NCBI GenBank assembly: GCA_963812015.1
Contig: CAWETI010000002.1
Span: 1,056,001-1,120,000, forward strand
Reading direction: 5' to 3'
DNA from: an uncultured delta proteobacterium
GTDB taxonomy: Bacteria > Desulfobacterota > Desulfobaccia > Desulfobaccales > 0-14-0-80-60-11
Length of the DNA stretch: 64,000 nt
The notes under the pieces are model-generated. The model saw only the letters and a list, made by a program, of their open reading frames with translations. It had not been told where the DNA came from and did not search any database. This document shows, piece after piece, positions 1 through 9,465 of this stretch (within the stretch, counting starts at the first letter, position 1; each line of letters begins with the position of its first letter). Both the position numbers and the translations under genes were made by a program.

Positions 1-268
1 CTACCAGGAGTGGCGGGGAGTCGCCTCCCAGATGGCCGCCGAAAACACACACCACCTGCGGTTGGACGATTTTAGCCGCCAGATAAAAAACCCGGGCCGC
101 GGCCTTGCCGGAAAAATACCAGCCGGCATGGGGCACGATGCCGCCATAGACTTTGGTCCCTGAGGGCAGGGGCGTGGTCCCGGCGATGAATTGGTCGATT
201 TCCGCCTTACAGGCGCTGGGGCTGGCGGGATACCACCCCACGGGCAACATCCGTTCCCGGGTTCGCAT
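1..268 (-). CDS. amrB: AmmeMemoRadiSam system protein B / MEMO1 family, N-terminal part (runs off window)
   Basis: Not in ORF track. Manual translation from ATG 268 (SD AAGGAGG): MRTRERMLPVGWYPASPSACKAEIDQF...GGIVPHAGWYFSG, with the GxWYP and PHAGxxFSG motifs. Confidence 0.8.
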   Translation of the reverse strand, partial: MRTRERMLPVGWYPASPSACKAEIDQFIAGTTPLPSGTKVYGGIVPHAGWYFSGKAAARVFYLAAKIVQPQVVCVFGGHLGGDSPPLLV

Positions 269-423
269 GGTCGCCTCCTTTTTTGAGGACCGCTCATCCA
301 GGTTGGCGACGCCCCTGGGTGGGGAGCGCCAACCGGCCGGCCAAGCCTTTGAATTACGCCGGATTTTAGCTGTATTAAAGCCGAGGAGGTTATCTTTGTC
401 AAGGGATGGGTGTCAACGTGAAT

Positions 424-500
424 CGAAGAGGAAATCCCCCTAAAGCCCCCTGTGCCAAAGGGGGACTTTTCATTTTACCCCCTTTTCTCAAGGGGGAGCG
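424..500. repeat. REP-like GC-rich palindromes (CCCCCT..AGGGGG), possible terminator
   Basis: CCCCCTGTGCCAAAGGGGG and CCCCCTTTTCTCAAGGGGG in an intergenic spacer. Confidence 0.4.
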
Positions 501-534
501 TTGCCAGGCGTGGCCAAAGACCGGCCTTGAAAAA

Positions 535-1104
535 TTAATGGCTGTCGGCCAATTGGCGGATTCTTTCCACCAGGCCCAATTGGACGAACAGGGTGGACAC
601 CGCCCCGGGGACCAGGTGCTCCCAGGGTTGGTCTTGGACAATTTTTTGGCGAATCAGGCTGGAGGTGAGCCCCTTTTCGGCCTTGGTCTTGCGCCACAGG
701 ACCTCGACGTGCAGCCCCAATGATTCAAACAGCTTCAACTTCCTCTCCCCCCAGGCGTCATAGATGGTGAGATAAAAGACGGCCTTAAGGGGCACGTAAT
801 ACTGATAGAGTTCGGGAAAATTGATGGGGAGCGGCACCAGGGAAAATTCCCGGTGGTGGATACCTTGTTCCAACAGGGTCTCTTTGAGGATGACATAACG
901 TTCGTAATAGGTCAGGGGGTTGTCGGCTGGACTGCTGCGATGCGGGTCGGCCTGGTCGTATTTGGTCAGGGTGGGGTCGGGGTTGGTGATGGCCACGATG
1001 AGGTGGCGGCAGCGGGCTTTGGCCGCCAGGATATACTTCACATGGTCATGGTGGAGCACCTGGAACCGGCCGTGGGCCACCCCGGTTTCAGCTAACGTGG
1101 TCAT
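535..1104 (-). CDS. Nucleotidyltransferase, NMN/NaMN adenylyltransferase-like (HxGH superfamily)
   Basis: HGRFQVLHHDH motif, NPLTYYER, TSSLIR. Confidence 0.8.
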   Translation of the reverse strand: MTTLAETGVAHGRFQVLHHDHVKYILAAKARCRHLIVAITNPDPTLTKYDQADPHRSSPADNPLTYYERYVILKETLLEQGIHHREFSLVPLPINFPELYQYYVPLKAVFYLTIYDAWGERKLKLFESLGLHVEVLWRKTKAEKGLTSSLIRQKIVQDQPWEHLVPGAVSTLFVQLGLVERIRQLADSH

Positions 1105-1152
1105 GTCTCGCAAGGTCTCCGATTGTCGGCGGACGGCGCCCCATCTTCCGCC

Positions 1153-2478
1153 TTACTTGATGGCCAGGGGCTTATACCGGCCGGGGAAGAAGGGTTGATC
1201 CCAGGGAGAGTCCATGAGGCCGTAAAGCTTGCCCCGATCGAGAAAATTAAGCACCAGATACATGAGCTCCCGGCCTCTGACGGTGCCCAGGGCCCCGGCG
1301 GCGCAACTGACTTCGTCAAAGCGTTTCACGGCATCCCGGCGGGTATAGCGGCCGATCATGCACAGGGGCACGCTCTCGCCGGAATGGATCATCCGGCCGG
1401 CGCTGTTGGTGGAATGGTCCGCGGTGATTACCAGGAGCACGTCGGGGGAGGACACGATGTCCTCCAGGGCGAAGGCAAAGGCCTTATCCAGGTCCTCCAA
1501 CACGGCGCGTTTGATCCGGGGGTTTTTGGTGTGGGCCGCTTCATCGGGGGCCTTGGTATGGACGTAGATGAAATCGTAATCGGTGGCCGACCTGGCCAGC
1601 TCCAAGCGTTGCCGCAGGTCATCACCGGGCCGGTCGGTGTCCTGCACCGGGTGCCGGGTCATGCCCAGGTACTGGCTCAAGCCTTTATAGAGCGCCCCGG
1701 AAGCGATGGCCAGGGAGCGCAGACCCCACTTTTCCGGAAAGGGCTGCACCGGTTTCCATCGACCGGCGCGCTGGGTGCCGACGGCATTGATGGGGGGGAG
1801 TCCAGCCTTACGTCTCCGGTCGTTAATCGGGTGCCGACTGAGGCGATGGTAACACCAGGTCAAATAGAGGTTCAGTGCCGCCGCGGTCTTGCGGGCCCGG
1901 AGATCATTGTGGTGGGTCGCACAAGGCAAGACCTCCATGAGCGGACGCCCTTCATAAATCGGGTTGGAGTCAGTGATTTCCGGGGCCACCTCCTCCCCCT
2001 TCACCAGCACGATCCCCCCAATCCCCTTGGTAGGAATAAACTCCACCTCCAGCCCTTCGTGCCGGAAATGCCTGATCTCTTCTTGCAACGTCAAACAGGT
2101 CTCAGGGTCGAGCTTGGGGTCTTCCACCTCCAGAACTAAATGGCCCTGGTCCTCCCGGACCGCAAAAATTCTGGATAGAAGGGCGATTTCCCCCGGACCG
2201 ACCGGGATATTTTCCCCCAAAGCTTCGATATAGCCGCGGCCCGGAAAATCCTTGAGGTCGTAGCCGAACAGGAGAAAGTGCGCGATTTCGCTGGGCAGGG
2301 TGATGCCCTGAAGCCAGGGGTGTAAGAGGCCGTTCATCCCCAGGGCGGCCAGGCGATCCAGGTTGGGAGTGCGGGCCTGCTGCAACGGCGTCTTGCCGCC
2401 AAAGGCCGCGATGCCTCGGTCACCTAACCCGTCAAGTATCACGAAGATACATCTCATGGCTGAAGTTGCTTCATTCAT
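1153..2478 (-). CDS. Cofactor-independent phosphoglycerate mutase-like (ApgM/alkaline phosphatase superfamily)
   Basis: LDGLGD, TPNLD, PSEIAH, PGRGYIEALG, PDEAAH, TADHST, HSGESVP. Confidence 0.85.
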   Translation of the reverse strand: MNEATSAMRCIFVILDGLGDRGIAAFGGKTPLQQARTPNLDRLAALGMNGLLHPWLQGITLPSEIAHFLLFGYDLKDFPGRGYIEALGENIPVGPGEIALLSRIFAVREDQGHLVLEVEDPKLDPETCLTLQEEIRHFRHEGLEVEFIPTKGIGGIVLVKGEEVAPEITDSNPIYEGRPLMEVLPCATHHNDLRARKTAAALNLYLTWCYHRLSRHPINDRRRKAGLPPINAVGTQRAGRWKPVQPFPEKWGLRSLAIASGALYKGLSQYLGMTRHPVQDTDRPGDDLRQRLELARSATDYDFIYVHTKAPDEAAHTKNPRIKRAVLEDLDKAFAFALEDIVSSPDVLLVITADHSTNSAGRMIHSGESVPLCMIGRYTRRDAVKRFDEVSCAAGALGTVRGRELMYLVLNFLDRGKLYGLMDSPWDQPFFPGRYKPLAIK

Positions 2479-2493
2479 AAAGGCACGGTAACT

Positions 2494-3543
2494 TTAAGGC
2501 TCCAACCTGATCCTTCCCGGGGCTTGGCCGGTCACCTCGCCGATGAGCGCCGCCTTGATACCGTTGAGCTTTAGGCAATCCATAAGGACCGCCGCCCGGT
2601 CCGCGGCTACGGCGAGGAGCAGTCCGCCGTTGGTCTGGGCGTCACTGCAGAGGTCCACCAGCAGCGGATCGATCCCTGTTGCCACCGTAAGGCTCTTGGT
2701 GCAAAAGTTACGGTTGGCGAAACTGCCGGCCGGCACCAACCCCATGGCGGCATATTCCCGGGCCGCGGACAGGATCGGCACTTGATGGACTACAAAAGTA
2801 AGCTCGACGTTGCTGGCCACCGCCATTTCCAGGGCGTGACCCAGGAGGCCGAAGCCGGTGATGTCCGTGATGGCATGCACCGCCAAGTGGTCCAGGCACG
2901 CCTCGGGCAGCCGGTTCAAGGTCGTCATGACCTGGATGGCCTCGGCCTCCGCCTCCGGGGAGGCCAGGCGCCCTTTCACCGCGGTGGCGATAACACCGGT
3001 CCCCAGGGGCTTGGTAAGGATCAGCCGGTCGCCCACCCGGGCCCCGCCGTTGGTAAACACCCGTTCCGGGTGGACCACCCCGGTTACGGAGAGGCCGTAT
3101 TTCAACTCGGTATCGTCGACGCTATGGCCACCCAGGAGCAGGGCCCCGGCCTCATGAATCTTATCCAGGCCGCCGGCCAAAATAGCCTGGAGCACCTCTT
3201 TGGGCACGGTCTGGCAGGGGTAGCAGACAATGTTGAGGGCCGTTAAAGGCCGGCCGCCCATGGCGTATACGTCGCTTAAGGCATTGGCCGCGGCAATCTG
3301 GCCAAAAGTGTAGGGATCGTTGACCACGGGGGTAAAAAAGTCCACCGTCTGGATCAACGCGATCTCGGGTGTCAGGCGATACACGCCCGCGTCATCCGCC
3401 GTCTCCATGCCCACCAGCAGGTTGGGATGCGACTGGACGGGCAGAGTCTGCAAAATTTCCTCCAAGATCCCGGGAGGAATTTTAGCAGCTCAACCGGCGG
3501 CGCGGACCTGCTCCATCAAAGGCTGATAGCTTTTTTCGGTCAT
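2494..3543 (-). CDS. selD: Selenophosphate synthetase, selenoprotein form (Sec18), 349 aa
   Basis: ATG 3543 gives MTEKSYQPLMEQVRAAG-U(TGA 3490-3492)-AAKIPPG, in frame with DDAGVY, QTVDFFTP, AANALSDVYAMGG, GGHS, TDITGFGLLGH. Confidence 0.95.
3448..3489 (-). promoter_or_regulatory. Bacterial SECIS-like hairpin immediately 3' of the selD UGA
   Basis: CUGC-UAAAAUU-CCUCC-[CGGGAUCUU]-GGAGG-AAAUUUU-GCAG stem-loop with G-containing apical region. Confidence 0.75.
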
Positions 3544-3640
3544 GGTTCTCTCTCGGGTCATGGCTTCAAGAAGCCCGTTACTTTCTAGTATACCAGGTTT
3601 ACCCCTGCCTCCGCACCAGTCTGATGGCCCCTGGCCGGCC

Positions 3641-4444
3641 TCAGGACCGCGCCAGGGACCTCGATCCTTGGTTCAGAAATTCCCGCACCATTGCTAAGGT
3701 TTGCAGGAGCGCCGCTTCTTCCCGCAGTTCCAGCACCCACCAGGTGCACAGGGGCAATTTTTGCAAAAGCAAGAGACGCTCCCAGAGGTCGGACAGATTT
3801 TGGGGGGGCAGATGGCCGCTGGTACGCTCTTCATGATAGATGTGGGCGTTTAAAAACCGCTCGGGATGGGGCATGACAAAGTCAGCGACGCGAAACAGGC
3901 GACTCTCCACCGAGGGGCTGACTTGTGCATGGCCGATGTCGATGGTGCCCCAGACGTTGGTGGTCCGGAGGAGCTTTTCGAAGAGTTCCGGACGGCTGGT
4001 CCAACCCAGGGCCAGGTTTTCCAGGCAAAGGCGCACCCCCAGATGGTTGGCGAAGCTGACTAGGTCCGCCAACCCTTTCACGGTCCGCTCCCAGCAGAGG
4101 TCCAGGGTGTGGCTCAACCCCAAGCCGATATGGATGGTGAGGACGCGGCCCCCCACTTTGGAGACCAGACGGCAGACCCGGCGAAATACTTGCTTGGCCT
4201 TCTGGGCCTCGGCCGGATTTTCATTGCCCAGGTCCATGTTGTTGAACGGGCAATGATAGCGAACTTCCAAAGGATGCAGTAGGGAGATGGCCTTGACGTA
4301 AGACGATTCAGCCGCCGGACTGCCGGGCAAATCTTCCGGAAAAAAGCTCCAATCCACCCCTTCAAACCCGTGGGTCAGGGCGAATTCCTTCAAGGCTGCC
4401 ACGTCCGGCAGGAAATTACAGCAAGCAAGTCGCACGCTATTCAC
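3641..4444 (-). CDS. Sugar phosphate isomerase/epimerase family (xylose isomerase-like/AP endonuclease 2 TIM barrel)
   Basis: YHCPF, TIHIG, LCLENL, DIGHA, AHIYHEE, GHLPP, WVLE metal motifs. Confidence 0.8.
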   Translation of the reverse strand: MNSVRLACCNFLPDVAALKEFALTHGFEGVDWSFFPEDLPGSPAAESSYVKAISLLHPLEVRYHCPFNNMDLGNENPAEAQKAKQVFRRVCRLVSKVGGRVLTIHIGLGLSHTLDLCWERTVKGLADLVSFANHLGVRLCLENLALGWTSRPELFEKLLRTTNVWGTIDIGHAQVSPSVESRLFRVADFVMPHPERFLNAHIYHEERTSGHLPPQNLSDLWERLLLLQKLPLCTWWVLELREEAALLQTLAMVREFLNQGSRSLARS

Positions 4445-4638
4445 TTATGGTTTTTTCCCTGGAGCTTGGCGCACCGCAGTCTGCCGAGAAGCCGCGGGTT
4501 TTCGCAGCATGCCTCCGGCGTTCAGGTGAACCCTGGCAGGGGTGGGGCTGAGATAGGCGGGAAAGGTGGGAAGGTCTAAAACCGGATCTGGCGGGAAGGG
4601 AGCATGAGATCAGGCATACACTCTGCTGCTTCTCCCCG

Positions 4639-4753
4639 GGTGACCCCGCCTGCCCAAGCCGTTATGTCCTCGAGAGCCTTGCCAAGGCCTCTCGGAGCCA
4701 GGGTTCAGGATTTGGCGTAACTAGGAAACATCGGCCGAAGCACCCGGGTCACC
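4639..4753 (-). ncRNA. Unidentified structured RNA (riboswitch/leader or independent sRNA candidate)
   Basis: Perfect 8-bp closing stem GGUGACCC/GGGUCACC with nested stems, located about 16 nt after the predicted TSS. Confidence 0.55.
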
Positions 4754-4775
4754 TCCCTAAATAAGATTATTCGCA

Positions 4776-4805
4776 ATTATAAGGCCATTTGGCCGAAAAA
4801 ATCAA
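4776..4805 (-). promoter_or_regulatory. sigma70-type promoter
   Basis: TTGATT-N18-TATAAT on the minus strand. Confidence 0.6.
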
Positions 4806-4880
4806 CGACCATTTGCCGTCGGCCCCAAAGCCGGTGGTGAGAGGCTCTTGGACCGGTCAAGTTGAAGCCGGCGACGACTT

Positions 4881-5351
4881 TTAGGACCGGAGGGTCGCGG
4901 TCAGACCGGCCGGAACCAGCAGCAGATCCAGGGCCTCGAGGATGCCCGGAACCACCACGTCCGCGGCCATCAGCGCCTCCACCGCCAGTCCTTCCGCCTG
5001 GAGCAGGGCGATCCCCAGGATCGCCTCCTGAAGCATGAGCCGGTCATTTCTGCCGTTGCCCACGGCCACCGTGTGGTCGCGCCCCAGCCGCCGCACGTAT
5101 TCGGCTTTGGCGTGGGCCTGATCTCCGGAAGGAATGACGACAAGATCAGCGGGCAGGTGGGCCACTTGGTCCCTGACCGTCCCGAAAGTGTCGGCCGTCA
5201 AGATGTGGATCGTCAGGCGGGGAGCCAGAACCTCCAGCTTCGGATGGACGCCCTGGATGAGCCGGCCCTGACAGGCAAGGGTGCCGTTATAGTCCAGAAC
5301 CAGGTGCGCCAGCCGCAAGTCCTTGAAACCAGGTATCGTTATGCCGATCAT
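4881..5351 (-). CDS. HAD-superfamily hydrolase (soluble P-type ATPase-like)
   Basis: DYNGTLA, TADTFGT, VGNGRND motifs. Confidence 0.85.
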   Translation of the reverse strand: MIGITIPGFKDLRLAHLVLDYNGTLACQGRLIQGVHPKLEVLAPRLTIHILTADTFGTVRDQVAHLPADLVVIPSGDQAHAKAEYVRRLGRDHTVAVGNGRNDRLMLQEAILGIALLQAEGLAVEALMAADVVVPGILEALDLLLVPAGLTATLRS

Positions 5352-5422
5352 CTTATCTCCGCCCAGCGCAATGTGGTGAGATGCGCCGGACCTTGCAATT
5401 CTTGCAGCTCAAGCTTAGGGCT

Positions 5423-6283
5423 TCAAAATCCTATTCTATCAAGCAACAGCACCGCGGTGGCAAAAAACAGGCAATAGCAGCCGAAGAGTGGCCAGCGGCC
5501 CTGTTCCAGCCAGCGGGAAAGCCATTTGAGGGCCAGAAAGCCTGAAACACAACTCAAGACCATGCCCAGCAGGCTCGGATAAAAGAGGGCGACGGAGCTG
5601 GCCCCCTGAGACCAGGCAAAGGCATGGGCCTTCAGCAGCCTCAGCACTTCGCGCAGGATTACCGGCGGTGTCAGGACCACAGCCAGGGCAAAACTGAATT
5701 CCTCGAGCCGGTCTTTGGCCACCCCCATCACCAGTCCGGTGGATATCGTGGCGCCGGAACGGGAAAACCCCCGGAAGGGAAGGCAGACGCCCTGCACCGC
5801 ACCGATCCAGGAAGACTCTTTTATCCCCAGGGAGGACCTCTGGGTGGGGCGCGGTTTTCGAAGTCCGGCATAGATGATGAATAAACCCACCGCCGCCAGG
5901 GCCGCGGCAATCAGGGGCAGGTTACCAAAAAGCAGCTCCACTTCGGCATGGGGCACGTTCCTGAACACAAACTTTTCGATCACATATTTCAGGGTCAATC
6001 CCACCAAGCCGGTAAAGGCCGTAGCCACTACGACCAGCTTGGCAAAATGTCGCACCCCGGTCCCTGAGGAAAAGTAGTTGATTTTCCAGGAGTTCCAGAA
6101 ATAAGCGATGACTGCGAACATCGTACCGGTGTGGAGCATGACCAACAGCAGCGTCATCTCGGGGGTGGTGGGGTCAAGGCCCAGCAATTTGGCCGCCACG
6201 ATGACATGGGCGGAACTGGAGACCGGCAGCAGCTCGGCCGCTCCCTGGACCATGGCCAGAATGACAATTTGGACGAGGGACAT
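5423..6283 (-). CDS. uppP: Undecaprenyl-diphosphate phosphatase (BacA)
   Basis: VQGAAELLPVSSSAH, GFSRSGATIS, multiple TM segments. Confidence 0.9.
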   Translation of the reverse strand: MSLVQIVILAMVQGAAELLPVSSSAHVIVAAKLLGLDPTTPEMTLLLVMLHTGTMFAVIAYFWNSWKINYFSSGTGVRHFAKLVVVATAFTGLVGLTLKYVIEKFVFRNVPHAEVELLFGNLPLIAAALAAVGLFIIYAGLRKPRPTQRSSLGIKESSWIGAVQGVCLPFRGFSRSGATISTGLVMGVAKDRLEEFSFALAVVLTPPVILREVLRLLKAHAFAWSQGASSVALFYPSLLGMVLSCVSGFLALKWLSRWLEQGRWPLFGCYCLFFATAVLLLDRIGF

Positions 6284-6495
6284 TAAAGCGCACCTTACTC
6301 TTTCGGTTATGAGGCGAGGCGGGCACAGAAGCATGCCTTCCCGTAATTTCCTGCCGACGACTGGCAGTTCCAGGCCGGATGGCCTGCACTATTATAAGTC
6401 CTGGGAGGCAATTTGCCACCCTCTGAGGCGGGTGACCGGGTGAATTTTGGGACCGCGGCAAGGCATAAGGCCTTTGAACCGGGCTTAAAGGATGC

Positions 6496-7878
6496 CTAGC
6501 GCGTCAGCCAGTGGCGATTGCGCACGGTGAGGCAGGCGTAAGGGTAGATCCACTGAAGCAGGAAAAAGGCGTAGTAGGCATAGATGATGCCATAGACGAA
6601 CTCCAGATCCCGCTCCAGCCAGAGATAATAGAGCAGGTTGACCAGGGAGACCACCCCCAGGGCGGCCAGGAGTTTGAGCAGAATCAGGGGGTAGACTGCC
6701 ACCGAAGCCACGAGCAGCCCCAAGAAGAGCAGCGTCAGGGGGTATTCCAGCTGGGCCAGGAAGAATTCCACGATGGGCAGCAGGCGATAGTTATCCCGGT
6801 ACCGGGTAAACAGGTAGCCCAATTGGACGCAGGACTCCCGCACGTTGCCCCGCTCCCAGCGCAGGTACATCCGGCACACGCCTTGATAAGTCTCGGGGAC
6901 CAGGGTATAGACCACCGCGGTCCGCTGATAATACGTATAATGACCGCCCCGGAGGATAAAATTGGTCAGGGCCCGGTCTTCGCTGTGGTGGCAGGGGGCT
7001 CCCAGGAAGGTTTGCCGCCGCCAGGCCGTGAGGTGCGGCATCAGGGCGGTGCGCCGATAGGCCGACAGCGACCCGGGGGTGCAGATCACCGCCCGGTACA
7101 GGGACTGAGAGGCCCGGAGATAATCCAGGTTCACGAAGCGCACGCCTTGCATCTTGCCCGTGAGGCTGCCGTGGCGGTTGTGGACCTTGACGTTGCCGGC
7201 CGTGGCGCCGATCCGGCCGTCGTGCATCAGGGGGGCCACCAGGTGGCGCAGGGCATTTTCGGCGATGATGCTGTCGGAATCGATGGTGACGAAGATCTCC
7301 CCCCGGCCCCGGGTGAATCCGGCGTAAAGCCCCTCTTTTTTCCCCCGGTTGGCGCTGAAGCGAAGAGGCGTCAGCAGGTGGGGGTAGCGCCGCCGCGCCC
7401 GCTGGATATAGAACCAGGTGTCATCCCGGGAGCCGTCGTCGATGCAGATGATTTCCAACCGGTCAGCCGGATAGTCGCAGGTGGCCACGGCATGGATGGC
7501 CTGCTCCACCATGGCTCCTTCATTATAGGCGGGGATGATGACGGTGAGGCTGGGCCAGGGCCCGTCCGTCAGAGGGTATGGCCGGTAGCAGGCCCAGAGG
7601 ACGGTGCGGAAAAGCTGAAACAGGAGCATCACCAAGGCGTAGCCGGCTGCCAGGGCGGGCAGGCAAGAGGTGTAGGTCTGGCGGCGCAAGAGCTCCGCAT
7701 AGGCCGTAAAGGAGCCGAGCTTGACGGCCATGACCAGGAAGACCAAAAGCAGGACCGGCACCATGACCTTCAACCCCGGGTCCAGCCATAGGATGCAGGC
7801 CGTGCGCTGACGAGGGGTGGGGGAGGCCGCCGGGTGGTCCATCGGTGGCCAGGACAGGGTCGGAGTAGCGTTGGACAT
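6496..7878 (-). CDS. Processive GT2 glycosyltransferase, hyaluronan synthase/NodC-like
   Basis: IPAYNE, DDGS, DSD, SEDR, xxLRW, with N- and C-terminal TM helices. Confidence 0.8.
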   Translation of the reverse strand: MSNATPTLSWPPMDHPAASPTPRQRTACILWLDPGLKVMVPVLLLVFLVMAVKLGSFTAYAELLRRQTYTSCLPALAAGYALVMLLFQLFRTVLWACYRPYPLTDGPWPSLTVIIPAYNEGAMVEQAIHAVATCDYPADRLEIICIDDGSRDDTWFYIQRARRRYPHLLTPLRFSANRGKKEGLYAGFTRGRGEIFVTIDSDSIIAENALRHLVAPLMHDGRIGATAGNVKVHNRHGSLTGKMQGVRFVNLDYLRASQSLYRAVICTPGSLSAYRRTALMPHLTAWRRQTFLGAPCHHSEDRALTNFILRGGHYTYYQRTAVVYTLVPETYQGVCRMYLRWERGNVRESCVQLGYLFTRYRDNYRLLPIVEFFLAQLEYPLTLLFLGLLVASVAVYPLILLKLLAALGVVSLVNLLYYLWLERDLEFVYGIIYAYYAFFLLQWIYPYACLTVRNRHWLTR

Positions 7879-8021
7879 GAGACGGGTCGAGCCTCCTCAA
7901 GGGCTAGAGCAAAAAGCCGGACAATTGGCCAGCAAAAGCCGCCCAGGCTTTGGTGGGGCGGCTGTCCCTGGCCGCCATCCTTCCCCTCTCAAAGCGTCGG
8001 CAGGCGGGCCCATCCGGCATT

Positions 8022-8834
8022 TCAGGATGGTGAGGTGACGCCTTGGTCCGGGGGGGCGTCGTCCGGCAGCTTGTCCGCCGACCTGGCTTCCCGGGCCAGG
8101 CCTCGAAATAAACCCATCAGGGCGGCCCGGGTCTTTTCGGCATAGGCGTCAGTCAGTTCATAATCCCAGCCGTGCTGACGGAAAATCTGGCGGACCTGGG
8201 CCCGGTAGTTCAAGGGGTCCATCATCACTTCCCCGGCATAGGGGGCGATGAGCTCATGCAGCCGAGCCGGATTCATGGGCAGCATCGGCGCGATGAAGAC
8301 CCAGGGGGTGAGACCCGCCTGGCGCAACTTCCTTAAGGTGGCGATCCGGGCGTCGATGGGCGGGGCCTGGGGCTCCAGCACCTTGCGCACCCGGTCGTCG
8401 TCCGTGGGGATGGACAGCCCGACGCTCACCTCGGGGATGGCGGTGAGGAGATCCAGGTCCCGGGTGACCAGGGGTGAGCGCGTCAAGATGCTGATGCCCC
8501 AGCCGAATTCGGCCAGGATTTTGAGACACCGGCGAGTCAAGCGGTATCTGAGTTCCACCGGTTGATAGGGATCGCAGACGCTGGACAGGAAGGCCCGTCC
8601 CCGGATTTTTTTCCGCGCCAGCTCATGGGAGAGGACTGCGGCCAGGTTGACCTTGACCTCCACAAAGCTGCCCCAGGGGGCCCCGGCATGGTGGCGGGCA
8701 TAACGACGCATGAAGGCCGCATAACAATACCGGCAGCCATGGCCGCAGCCCAGGTAAGGGTTGATGACATAATCCACCCCCGGAATCCGGGACCTGACCA
8801 GGACGGTTTTAGCGGTGATTTCTGTGAGGTCCAT
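8022..8834 (-). CDS. Radical SAM protein, spore photoproduct lyase-like family
   Basis: NPYLGCGHGCRYCYA, DPYQPVE, LEPQAP. Confidence 0.85.
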   Translation of the reverse strand: MDLTEITAKTVLVRSRIPGVDYVINPYLGCGHGCRYCYAAFMRRYARHHAGAPWGSFVEVKVNLAAVLSHELARKKIRGRAFLSSVCDPYQPVELRYRLTRRCLKILAEFGWGISILTRSPLVTRDLDLLTAIPEVSVGLSIPTDDDRVRKVLEPQAPPIDARIATLRKLRQAGLTPWVFIAPMLPMNPARLHELIAPYAGEVMMDPLNYRAQVRQIFRQHGWDYELTDAYAEKTRAALMGLFRGLAREARSADKLPDDAPPDQGVTSPS

Positions 8835-9033
8835 AAGGTGCGCAGCCGCCGGGAGAGAAGTGGAGACCAGGATGGCTGTCCAGGTGCATGGCGTGGCTCC
8901 GGTGATTTTTAACGGTCAGAAAAGGCTCGGTAAATTCTATCACCTCTGAGTTATTTGGCAAATCCGCCGCGTTGACATTCCCTGGGGGGGGTCCTGACTG
9001 GCGGTGCGTGCAGGTTTCGCCGGTTTAACGAAT

Positions 9034-9465
9034 TTATTTTATGGCCTTGGAAGATTTTTTCGGGGAGCCGGGACGGGAGGGGCGCCCCTTGCGGGGTTCT
9101 CTGGCCGTGGCCAATTGATTGGTGGGGGACTCGGGATGGAGGTAGGCATAAAGAGGTTGTTCGTCAGGTGTCTTGGTCGTTGGCTGAACCAAAGCGTCGA
9201 AGCTCACCGGAGCGACGGTCTCGTCATTCGCCCATACCGTAGCGAGGTATCTCCCCGGGTGTGGTTGGGGTCTTTTTTCAGCGGGGCACACCGAGAGCAA
9301 AACGAGAATTCCCAAGGCTAATCCCCCACCGGCGATCAGGACGCGTCCTCCAGATCGCCGGCAGCGTTTCGGTTGGAACATCCGGTTTTTTCCAGCCACC
9401 CACCTTGATAGGAGAGTGTATGCCACGAATGCCCCGCAGATGAGACAGATTGTTGCCATCACCAC
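9034..9465 (-). CDS. Hypothetical membrane protein
   Basis: ORF with two hydrophobic segments and no recognised motif. Confidence 0.4.
   Translation of the reverse strand: MVMATICLICGAFVAYTLLSRWVAGKNRMFQPKRCRRSGGRVLIAGGGLALGILVLLSVCPAEKRPQPHPGRYLATVWANDETVAPVSFDALVQPTTKTPDEQPLYAYLHPESPTNQLATAREPRKGRPSRPGSPKKSSKAIK

Noticed and set aside
4445..4510. 21-aa uORF abutting the TIM-barrel GTG
   Set aside because: The SD is only 1 nt from the ATG and the sequence is uninformative, so it cannot be supported.
4537..4603. TPP-riboswitch-like words (GCTGAGA ... ACCGGATCTG ... GAAGGGA) on +
   Set aside because: The P4/P5 pairing and AUAAUGCCAGCG segment are missing, it is on the wrong strand for the adjacent genes, and there are no thiamine genes.
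8989..9025. ZTP-riboswitch-like GGGTCCTGACTGGCG
   Set aside because: The remaining ZTP elements are absent, and it is better explained as a hairpin after the 9034-9465 gene.
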